NCBI GenBank assembly: GCA_000697335.1
Contig: JNEM01011700.1
Location: 1-41,352 of the forward strand
Source of the DNA: Conidiobolus incongruus B7586
Lineage: Eukaryota
Length of the DNA stretch: 41,352 nucleotides
Reading direction: 5' to 3'
The notes under the pieces were generated by a model. It saw only the letters and a list, made by a program, of their open reading frames with translations, was not told the origin of the DNA and made no database searches. The position numbers and the translations under genes are program-made. This document shows positions 1-9,794 of the stretch, one piece after another. How positions within the stretch are numbered: position 1 is the first letter of the stretch; every line of letters begins with the position of its first letter.

Positions 1-934
1 TATCTAAAAAACTAATTTTAACTATGACTCTTTTAATTATTAATAAAGTAAAAAAATATATTAAAAAGTACTTTTTTATTTTAGTTAAAAAATTATTAAG
101 ATATTTTAATATTAGTTATATAAGTATTTTATATATATTAAAGTTTAAATTAAAATTAATTAATATAAATATAAAATAAATACCTTATAATTTAACTAAA
201 GCTTAAAAAAGTTAGAGTAGTTATTATAAAATAAAACTTACTAAAGTATAATTAAAAGATATAACTTTTATAATAAATTATTACAATTAATAAATGTTAA
301 ATTTTTTTATATAATCTTTTATTAAAATATAAATCAAAGTAGTAAATTAAGTTAAATTAACCCCCTTTATAAATTCTTTTAAATAAACACTTTATTGATA
401 AATAAATGTTAATTGTTATAATAGATTATAATAGTATATGTTATTTTTATTTAATTTTTAAAGGAAAATTAATTAATAATAAACTTTATATTTTTTTAAA
501 TAAAACTATTTCTAATTAGTATTTTTAATATAATTTAAGAAAACCTATTATTTTATATAATTATTATAAAATATATAAATTAAAGTTATAAAACACTTTC
601 TAATTAAAAATATCTAGAAAAAACTACTATATCTAGTATATTCTTTAGATTATAACTTATGTAATTATAATTGTTTTAGGCAATTAAAAAACTAGCTTAT
701 AAGAAAGAAAATTTCTACAGGAAAATTTAATTGGTTTGTGAAACATTAAATTTTAGTCTTAATAAAAAAAATTATTTTTTAAGTGTTAAATCTTTGCTAA
801 AAGTATAGCAAAAAGTTATTAGAAACAAAAGAAATTATTAATTTTATATTATATATTTATTTTTACTTTTTATATATTAAAATCTTTATTTTTTTCAATT
901 GCAAAAAATTCCCATTATTTAAATTACAAAGTAA
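1..934 (+). mobile_element. Degenerate DD34D mariner transposon, copy 1 (5' part lies outside the window)
   Basis: Aligns by eye with 21931-22872 and with the reverse complement of 25348-26280. Relic motifs: IITIN(D)K(E)C*(W)I at 277-303, *(W)KKLL(P)Y(H)L(P)VYSL(P)DYNL(P)CN(D)YNCF at 615-677, and C-terminal VKSLL(P)KV*(W)QKVIRNK. Right end CAAAAAATTCCCATTATTTAAATTACAAAGTAA (902-934) is followed by TA and is the exact reverse complement of 25348-25380. Confidence 0.88.
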
Positions 935-1117
935 TAAAACAGATTTGATTTAAAATTTGATGACTCAGATTACTTGAATTTTTTGATAGGGTGATGAATA
1001 TAATTTTATTATTATTCTAATATGAAATTACTTATTGATTCAGTTCAAATACTCTCAATTTTAATAAATTAATGTTTCTTTATAAAAATAGTGAAATAAT
1101 GATATATATAAATAATT

Positions 1118-1590
1118 TCAATGCTTTGATTGAACTATTTGTCGCCTCTGTAACTTGGAACATCGACCTGAATCCTCATTCCGATGGTTCCACCTTGAGT
1201 GGAACCCCAAACATTTTGGCCGAGATCCCAGTTTATTACAACGCTCTGTGATCACCACCTCGGCCAACCGTCTATCAACAGCTGTAGCCCATGATGGTGA
1301 GCCACACACCTCTTCACTATCCATATCATCCTCAGCTCAAAATCTCTTTCAAACCCTCCAAATTAAACCAAAAATAATAGTTTAAATCTAATTTCTGACA
1401 AAATAGCACTTAACTAACGAACTCGCTTACGTTGATTAACATGGCTCACGGCTTCTACAGTCAAACACATGCGATCTTGCTGGCCAGCTATCTGTCCAAG
1501 CACTCTCCGCTCACCCTTAACCAGCTTACACAAACTCTCATGACGCGCCTGCTTTGCCAAGCCAATCTTTCACCTTTTTTGAGTTATTAA
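1118..1590. other. Unexplained GC-rich island: structured ncRNA, small spliced gene or repeat relic
   Basis: Much higher GC than the flanks. Perfect inverted repeats GGTTCCAC/GTGGAACC (about 1186-1206) and TTGGCCGAG/CTCGGCCAA (about 1216-1268). An AT-rich central segment starts GTAAGC on the minus strand (1430 downward). No family recognised. Confidence 0.3.
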
Positions 1591-2307
1591 TTGACGCATT
1601 AAATTTCAAAAATTAAATCAAAAGGAAATTTTACCATAATAATTGGTATTAAAAAAAATAATCAATTAAATAAAGAGATAGCATTATATTAAAATATTAT
1701 GCAAAATAAAATAAATATTAAATAAAAATTACTTAAAAGATATAATAAAAAATCGATTCAATTAACTACATTTGTTTTATACCAAATATATTAAACTGTA
1801 AAAAATTGAATAAATAGTTCAAAAATATGAAAATAAATGCAAAATTTACTAATATCACTGAATAAAACCTTTTATTATTAAAGAAATAAAAATAAATTGA
1901 TCAGTTCAAACGGCAATTCAATTTGACCTGATTATTTTGGAATAGTAAGAACGAAGATTTTGAAGCTAATTGATAGAATTTATATTTGAATTGATTGAAA
2001 AAATTTTGGTATTAAAAATTATTAGCAATAAAAAACAGCTTAAATATTGAAGCTATATATAATATTTATAAATAATAATCCTAAAAAATATATTTATTGA
2101 CGTTTATCTTGATTTAAATTATAATTTTAAAATATACATTAATATAATCAAAACTCAAATTTCAGAGGTATAGAAATTGAAAATTTGAATATATAAAATA
2201 AGTATAAATTTTCATCTAAAAAAGTTAATAAAACATACTTATATTTCGAAATTTGTAAAATTATATAAAAGAAAATTTAATTTAAAAAAGAATACTTTGG
2301 ACAGTAA

Positions 2308-2381
2308 TGATTCTGCTCTGATCCTAACTTAGGACCGTTTGTGTGTTAGACAGATGTGATAACCAACTACACTACATGATC
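2308..2381 (-). pseudogene. tRNA-Val(AAC) pseudogene
   Basis: Minus strand reads GATCATGTAGTGTAGTTGGTTATCACATCTGTCTAACACACAAACGGTCCTAAGTTAGGATCAGAGCAGAATCA, colinear with the intact tRNA-Val at 12319. The T-loop is mutated (TTAGGAT instead of TTCGAAT), and the acceptor, anticodon and T stems carry mismatches. Confidence 0.88.
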
Positions 2382-2389
2382 TTAATGAT

Positions 2390-2937
2390 TGTAATAATCG
2401 CTACCTGGTTGATACCTTTTCTCACTCAACTTCACTACCAATTTCCTGATTAAACAAATTGGACCTTATCAACATTCTACCAGTCTATGTCTGAGTGACC
2501 TCACTGTTAGTTAGCTGTTGCATACTTATGCCTATACAATTCACTTAGCTACAAGAAGGGCTCCTCCCCTCTTCTTTTGCTCCTCTCTCTTTTTTACACA
2601 AATAAACCTTTTTCCTAATTTGAAAAGTCACCTCTTTTAATATACTCAAGTAGCTGCCTAGAGTTCCACTTGAGTCATCTTCTATTATTCATTTTACACT
2701 CATTTTAATTGATATATTGTGATTCCATCTTAGCATGTCGGATCCTAACGCCGATACTGTTGCTGCTGGTCTAGTCGCTCTTTACAACGCACCATTTACA
2801 AGTGATCATGGCCGGATAGCCAGAAACTGATAATCGATAGTTTATCCCGGTTGGTAGGTGCCATGCTTCATAACCTGGCCTATAGAGTGGCCGTGTCATT
2901 GTCCTCAATGACGCTCCAAGAGCTAATAACCGCGACA
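2390..2937 (+). mobile_element. LTR-like relic next to the tRNA-Val pseudogene (boundaries uncertain)
   Basis: Begins TGTAA. A TATA-like TACAAGAAGGG is followed by a CT-rich tract (about 2550-2595) and AATAAA (2601). Candidate ends are TTACA (2698) and CGCGACA (2937). No convincing TSD or PBS. Confidence 0.35.
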
Positions 2938-3616
2938 ATTTTAAAATTGTATTTTTATAATAATGGTAAAAATTATCATCAATAATTATGTACAGTTAAC
3001 CCATTGTATGATATTACGTCTATTTCAAAAATTCTTTACATAGGTTTTCTTTTTAACTCCATTTACCATTTTTATTATATTTTTATATTACATATTTTTA
3101 CAACTACTCTCTTTTTTTATTTGCATATACCAGCAATTAAATTATTCTTATTGATAATTTAATATACAATTTTAACTAGCATTTTTAATCAATATCTCGA
3201 TATTTTCAGGGAAATTATTCAAATCATCAAGTGTCTCTAAGGATATTATATAATCTAAATCATTTATTTAATATTTATTATTTACTTGTTCAATAATAGC
3301 ATAAATTTAAATTCATTTCTTGGTATAATATTTATATTTTCTTTGACTATTAGTCAATATTTAAATAATATTAATGAACTTTAAGGTATTATTAATATTA
3401 TCAGAATAATAATTTTACAAATATATCTTAGATTATTTTTAAAACATTCATAGTTAGAATAATTAGTTTAAAAATCCTTTGGTTACCTTGAATAGTTTAA
3501 ACTTATTTTAAAAATAAATCCCACAATTCAAAAATCAAAATATATCTGAAATAAATTCGAAACAAGATTTCAAGACATTTAAATTTCATTTACTCAAAAA
3601 TAAAAATATAATATAA

Positions 3617-4051
3617 ATGAAAACGGCATTACAAAAACCTTCAAAACAGTCCAAGCGATATAGAATTAAGAGAAGAACGATATAAAAACCTAAATGTACT
3701 GAAAATCAAATTTACATCACCACCAGTATTCCTTTGAATAGCTATCAACTAAGAATTCTAAAATCACTCGAAAAATTTGACGATGTCCAAGTATTTGGTT
3801 TGGGCAAAGCTACAGTTAAATTATGTTAGTTATATTGTGCTATTAAGCTTATCGTATCTGAATCTTGGAGTATTGAATGGACATCTGGTCAGACTAAAGT
3901 AATTGATGATTCATTACCTGATGATGAAGCGAATATTAATCCATATTAGTGATTATATAGTTATTAATAGCTGAATTAGGGTGAAGATATTGAATCCAAA
4001 TTGAGAATTTCAAATAGTCTAAAATTATCACTAACTAGACAAAAATTATAA
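3617..4051 (+). pseudogene. POP7: RNase P/MRP subunit Pop7/Rpp20-like gene with two in-frame stops and a non-canonical intron donor
   Basis: Translates MKTALQKPSKQSKRYRIKRRTI*KPKCTENQIYITTSIPLNSYQLRILKSLEKFDDVQVFGLGKATVKLC*LYCAIKLIVSESWSIEWTSGQTKVIDDSLPDDE, then intron 3929-3979 (GC...AG), then GEDIESKLRISNSLKLSLTRQKL*. This follows the Rpp20 layout: basic N-terminus, N.IY, GLG.A, V(I)D..P, R...l.l. Stops are TAA 3683-3685 and TAG 3827-3829. Confidence 0.72.
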
Positions 4052-5394
4052 TTTTTAATTTGATCATTAGACTTGAATAATAGCCGTTAATTAATATAAA
4101 TTAAAAATTTAATTTTATAATAATCATTTAAAACTGGGGTAAATAATTAAAATTTTATGGAATAATAGTTTATCAATTTTTTTTATTTATTTTCATTTTA
4201 GACATATTATCTAATAATAAATTCAGAATTTTATGGTAGTTTAAAATGAAATATTTTATAAGCTATCATAATATTTAATTAAAAAGATCATACCATATTT
4301 TCAAAGTTTTTTCCCCTAATATATTTTACTAAGTTTATTTATTATTCAATATTATATAGATAAATTATGAAACCAATTTTATGAACTATCAATTCACTAT
4401 AAATTCCTTCAATCGAATTGACTAGTTCTTAGAAATGTTAAAAAGATGTAAGATTATGCCATTTATGCATATATCATTGATATATATTAGAAAACTCGGA
4501 TGTAAATCCATTTATAAATTTTTTCAAACTTGTTCCTTAAAAATTTGAGAGTTAATAGTTACCTCCTTGGCAGTTTACACAATTTTAATTAAAATATAAA
4601 TTGATTAAAATTGACCATATTACTCATTATATATTTTAACATTTCCAGTTATAACTTATTAAATGATATCATTATTATGCTTGTGTAATGAAATTCATTC
4701 AATAGTAAACACCTGATCAACTTGATTTTTTAAAAATCATTTTATCATTTTATTTTACTCTATTGTAATTATTACAAATTTGAAGATTGAATGGGTCATA
4801 TGAGCTTAATATAAGTTTGTCATTGGCTAAAATTCTATGGAAAAAAGTTCCTTTAAACCGTACAAATATAAAAGAAAACATTAAATATGAAAATGAGTGA
4901 TTTAAAAGAGAACTTTGAATATGATGATGTTAAATAACGTTCAAATAGAATATCTTATTAATATAGAAATTTGAATAAAAATACCATAAATAATTTTCGA
5001 AAATTCAAAAAATAAGTATTTAATTAAATTAATTAACTAATATGATAATATGCCAACATTTCTTCCATAATTGCTCTAAATTTGGATTTTACCAGTTAAA
5101 TATAAGTTCGATAAATGTTGAAATATATTTGAAAATTGGCGAATAAACATAGCCCTTTTCGTTGGGTAAATAAGTCTAGAGTGGATGATTTGAATAATTG
5201 GTGCATTCCTCAAAGTCAAATCGAAATTGGGTATATAAATAAGCTTTGTTTAGGATAAAAACCATAAAATCAACCCATAAAAATATAATTTGATAATTAT
5301 TTCAGTTTATTATCTTTTTTGATTAATGGTTGATGAACCTTAGAGAATAATTGCTTAATTTTCAATGGTTTTTAGTATATAGAACATTACAAAG

Positions 5395-6477
5395 ATGAAG
5401 TTTGCCAAGCAACTGTCCAATGAAATTACCGCGTTTAACCCAGAATGGCAGACTCACGTTATTCCTTATAAAAAATTGAAGAAGACGCTCAAGAGACCTG
5501 AAGAGGGAGAAGTGAGCTTGGATCAGGTTTATAAATTTCTAAAGCACTTGTGCTCTGATGAATTTGATTCCATGCCATTCCCAGCGGACTTATTGGCTAA
5601 TACTAACCAGGAGTTTGCTCCACTCCTCGTACACTCCCTTTTCTCCCTAAACGATTTCTTGCACCGTGCCAAATCGAGCATTGAAGCGAGTCTTTTGGAA
5701 ATTCGAACCCAGCTCGCGAGCGTCACTCAGCCAGATAGTGTTGATCTTATTCAATGGCGTCGCTTCATGGAAGAATACGATCAGGTGCATCTCAGCAACC
5801 AGACCCAAGCGCCACTCAAATCCATTTCGTACATCAAGTTAAAGCCTATGTTGCACAAACTGATCCACCAAGTCAAAGTGGACAAAGTGTTTACCAAATT
5901 CAAAGATCCCAAGTCCAAGCGAGTCCTATTCAATATCCTAAGCATCAGCCAACAGATATTGACATTGATTCACTTCAATGAGCTCAATCAGCTCGCCTTG
6001 AGGAAGATTCTCAAGAAAATGGCGAAAACTACTCAAACACTAACTCCACAGCAGATGTCAGAGCTCGTACTCAAATTCAATCCCTTATTCGAACACAGTC
6101 AAATCTTGATCAAAGATTGGGGTACTGTAATCCTCAAGTGCTTACCCTCCACCACTGATTACGAATGCCCAGTCTGCTACGACATCGCATGGCGTCCCAT
6201 CCGTTTGAAGTGTGGTCATCTCTTCTGTCTTCTCTGCTGCATCCAAGCACAATATCGCAATATGCCACACTGTCCTATGTGTCGCGCCCAAAATGCTATG
6301 AAGGAAGCTGATAGTTTGAATATTGATGAGAGATTGCAAGAGTTGATGCAACAGAAATTCCCCTTAGAAATCAAGCGAAAGGCCAAGATAAATATGGTTG
6401 AAAGGGATAAAATGTATTATCAACAAGTTACCAGCAGAGCACCTGGCCACAGTCCAAACGGCTGTTCCATCATGTGA
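5395..6477 (+). CDS. SPX domain + C3HC4 RING finger E3 ubiquitin ligase (S. pombe Pqr1/Spx1 and plant NLA architecture)
   Basis: 360-aa intronless ORF. SPX hallmarks MKFAK, W....IPYKKLKK and N..ALRKILKK; RING CPVC...CGHLFCLLC...CPMCR. Confidence 0.93.
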   Translation: MKFAKQLSNEITAFNPEWQTHVIPYKKLKKTLKRPEEGEVSLDQVYKFLKHLCSDEFDSMPFPADLLANTNQEFAPLLVHSLFSLNDFLHRAKSSIEASLLEIRTQLASVTQPDSVDLIQWRRFMEEYDQVHLSNQTQAPLKSISYIKLKPMLHKLIHQVKVDKVFTKFKDPKSKRVLFNILSISQQILTLIHFNELNQLALRKILKKMAKTTQTLTPQQMSELVLKFNPLFEHSQILIKDWGTVILKCLPSTTDYECPVCYDIAWRPIRLKCGHLFCLLCCIQAQYRNMPHCPMCRAQNAMKEADSLNIDERLQELMQQKFPLEIKRKAKINMVERDKMYYQQVTSRAPGHSPNGCSIM

Positions 6478-6984
6478 AAGTATTTATTATCCTAATTTTT
6501 ATTTGATTTTTTGTTGATGAGTATGTATATATAATTTTTACTATTATTAATAACTAATAAAATTATTAATCGTTATTGACTTCAATTGGATTTAACGTTT
6601 CAAATTGATTTATCATTAAAACAATCTCAAATTTATCAGATAAACCAAATACTTCTTAAGTTGCCTTCTTTGTTCCTATTTCGATTCAATTAAACAATCC
6701 AAAAACAAATATATTGTCCTCTTCCACTTATATAATAAGATCCTCTAAATGTATTTAATATAAATTCTAACACGAACAGTATTTATTATGATAAAATGAA
6801 CATCTTTAAAAATTCTAGAAATTCTAATGGAATTTGATTTAAATTGGATACTGTTGATTCATAATTTCTAGATTTAGTAATTCAAAATATTTGAATGTTA
6901 TTTGAAATCACGTGGACTAAATACCATAATTCTAAACAATATTAAAGAAATACAAATTTAATCATTTATCAAAATTTAGTCATC

Positions 6985-7103
6985 ATATTCCCTGTCCTTT
7001 CCTCATTTCTTTCGGATGAATCTTTCGCCTTTTACTAAAGATTTCCGTGGCGGAGGGACTATTTAGGGGAATCTATCCAATTTTTTAACCGATTTTAATC
7101 GGA
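6985..7103 (+). ncRNA. U5: U5 spliceosomal snRNA
   Basis: Contains the invariant loop-1 region AATCTTTCGCCTTTTACTAAAGATTTCCGTGG (7019-7050). The 5' ATTCCC pairs with GGGAAT. Sm site AATTTTTTAA (7079-7088) and 3' hairpin CCGATTTTAATCGG. Confidence 0.95.
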
Positions 7104-7658
7104 TTTATTTAAAAATCTATAGACCTAAGTCTTAGAATCAAAACTCATTGCCAAATATATAGTATAAATGTCATGTTATTATCAAATATCATTGATGATA
7201 TTAACGTTACATATATTAATATCTCTTGTTGGTGAGTTTATGATCAGAATATCTATACTGGATTGATAATGATTTTAAATTCAATTGTATACCATATTTA
7301 CACCAATAATTATAATAAATAATTGATTATAATGGTACTATATGTTTTGTTCTTTGTATCTACAACTCTCCTGAAATATATTCATATTAAAGCCACTAAA
7401 TTCATTATTAACTCACAATACTATTTCATATATCATAATATTAACAATTTAATAAAAAATTTTTATCAAAGCTATGAATATTCCAGGCAAAATATATTGG
7501 GATTATTGATGATAATAATAGTTATAATACAATTTCATCCTACCAATTGTCATAAAATAAACTGCTCAATAATTTTTATTGCTGAGAATTCTAATATTAA
7601 TACGTAATTCATGTGGAATTCAATTCAAGATTTTGTGATACAAATTTAGTTGAATTTA

Positions 7659-7823
7659 CAACTTAATCCAAACATTTTTGTGCCAAAAATCTAAATAATT
7701 GGATTGTTTTCAGCGGTCTATGCTTTGATAATTGTTAATTATATATTTAGATATTCGATTGAATTGAATTATATACATAAATATCTATTAATGAATAAAC
7801 TTACAAATCTTTGGATTTAGTTG
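7659..7823. mobile_element. MITE-like element, about 165 bp with terminal inverted repeats and TA flanks
   Basis: TTACAACTTAATCCAAACATTT (7656-7677) matches the reverse complement of AAATCTTTGGATTTAGTTGTAA (7805-7826) at 20 of 22 positions. TA at 7657-58 and 7824-25. Confidence 0.5.
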
Positions 7824-9794
7824 TAATATAATTAGTATAAGGTTCAGAATATTTATTATAGAATATTGAAATATAATATTAAATGATTTATTCAAACTTC
7901 TAAGATTTGAAAATTTGAATAGTAATATTCAATTTTAAATTGAAACTTTCAAACTTATACTGTTAAATTATCAGCTATAATAATGGATATCAATAACTTT
8001 AAAAATAGTTAATTTTGGTAAATTTTAAATGTATAATGTGATATTTTTGAGAATAGATGATCTAATATAATACTTCTATCTGTACTTGATATATTTTTGA
8101 AGAATATTTTTAGAATTATAACTGAATGTTTTATTATATTGTACTGATTACTATATCATCAAATAATTTGACGAAAACTGTTAATTTTCTCAATTATGAT
8201 CGATTTAGATATATTCTAATCAATTTATTACTATTCATTAAACATTGGTTATATTATTAAATTCATATATTGTTTTTGCCATATATCAATTTATTGGAAA
8301 GTGATTGAAGCTGTCATTTTCAAAATTTCAAATTGTAAATTTTAAATTTATAAACATATTCATTGATTTTTTATTAAGGAACCACTTTCAAATTTATAGA
8401 TACAATAAGTGATTCAATTGTGTTAATATACTATTCAAAAAGAGTTGTGATAATTATCCAGTGTAAATATTAATTTTAATAGTATATATATATATTTAAA
8501 GTGAATAGCAGTAAGATCATAGCAATACTTATAACTTAAGACTGAATTAACTTGATTTGAAATACATTTTAAAATGCAGTACAGTAGAAACTCCCTATTT
8601 GTAGTGTAATCATTTGCCAAAATGTTTTTATTATAACCTTAATTATAATACATATGTATCTTATTCAAAAAATTAATATATACATAATTATTCTGCGCCA
8701 TAATGCTATACTTTGTCCATTATTATTTCATTTATAGTATACATGATAAAACATTTAATAGTTTTTATGATATATTTTATTCATATTAATTGATAGATAT
8801 AATATTCCAAATATGGTGATACTGGATATAAAATTCAATAAATCTTTTGATCTGATCCTCTTATTTACCAATAAAATCGTTTAAATCTTCAACCAGAGTT
8901 ACTAAATAGGAGGGTTTTTACTGTATATAATCAAACTAAACCAATTTTAAAGTCGGATTAAATATTTTAGTTTGACGCAATTTTACAGTTTAAATAGACT
9001 TAATACATTTAAAATTAAATAAATTGATGAATTTTTACCCTTTGAGTTTAAAATGTTTTGAAATGAAGGCTTAAAAGGAGGACTGTGTAAACTAAAGTAT
9101 CAAATTCCTTCAATGTATATTATTGTGATAATTGATTAGAACTAGCGATATGACTTGGTGAACTGGTTTAAATGTTATTGATGACGAATTTTTATCCTGT
9201 GGGAAAATGACATAATAAAAGGAATTTAAATATGATAATATTTAATAGTATGGTATAGTTCTAAAATAAATCATAGCGAAATATTAATTGATATACTGAT
9301 AATATTTAGTTTATTAAATATAATTCTTTAATATAAAATTATTATATTTAATTAATCAATTATTGAAGAACACTAAAAAATAAATGATAGACAAATAAAG
9401 CAATTAATAGAACTTTAATTATAGAAAACCAATTTTATAAATGGATATTTAGGTCAAACAATCAATTCCTCCATATAAAAAATAACCCCAACTTTACATT
9501 CACTCATCTCTTAAATTTCAACTTATAAAAGTCAACTGTAAAAATTTTCTACTGAAAATTCATTTCTTTCGCTAATTAAAAGCCCTTAAGTCATATCATC
9601 ACCGACGCTTCTTCTAATAACCAACCAACACCCGCTTTGTAATATTTTTCTGTACAAATATATTCTTTAAAAGTTGGTTTACTTCTACTATACATTATTT
9701 TAGATATCACTTTTATAATATTGTGTGATTATTAACAAAACTTTACAAATCCTCTTACTTTTGTATTACTTTATAAATTTTTTCTATTTACATC

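Noticed and set aside
1200..1590. Selenoprotein (in-frame TGA plus SECIS-like hairpin) or telomerase RNA
   Set aside because: The hairpin lacks the long helix II and correctly placed AA of a SECIS, the peptide has no redox motif, and there is no CTAACCCT-type template.
3617..4051. Genome-wide TAA/TAG to Gln reassignment
   Set aside because: DHH1, the intact array genes and SulP end at TAA/TAG, use CAA/CAG for Gln, and have no internal stops.
5529..6351. Short ORFs inside the SPX-RING gene
   Set aside because: Alternative or antisense frames with no recognisable protein.
6909..6914. CACGTG (Pho4-type E-box) near the SPX gene
   Set aside because: A single hexamer downstream of the gene, so there is no support for phosphate regulation.
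7323..8620. ORFs 7323-7607 and 8435-8620 (also 39620-39829)
   Set aside because: Non-ATG starts and I/N/Y/F-biased composition expected by chance in AT-rich DNA.
8920..8989. Short imperfect inverted repeat TCAAACTAAA/TTTAGTTTGA
   Set aside because: Too short and AT-rich to distinguish from chance.
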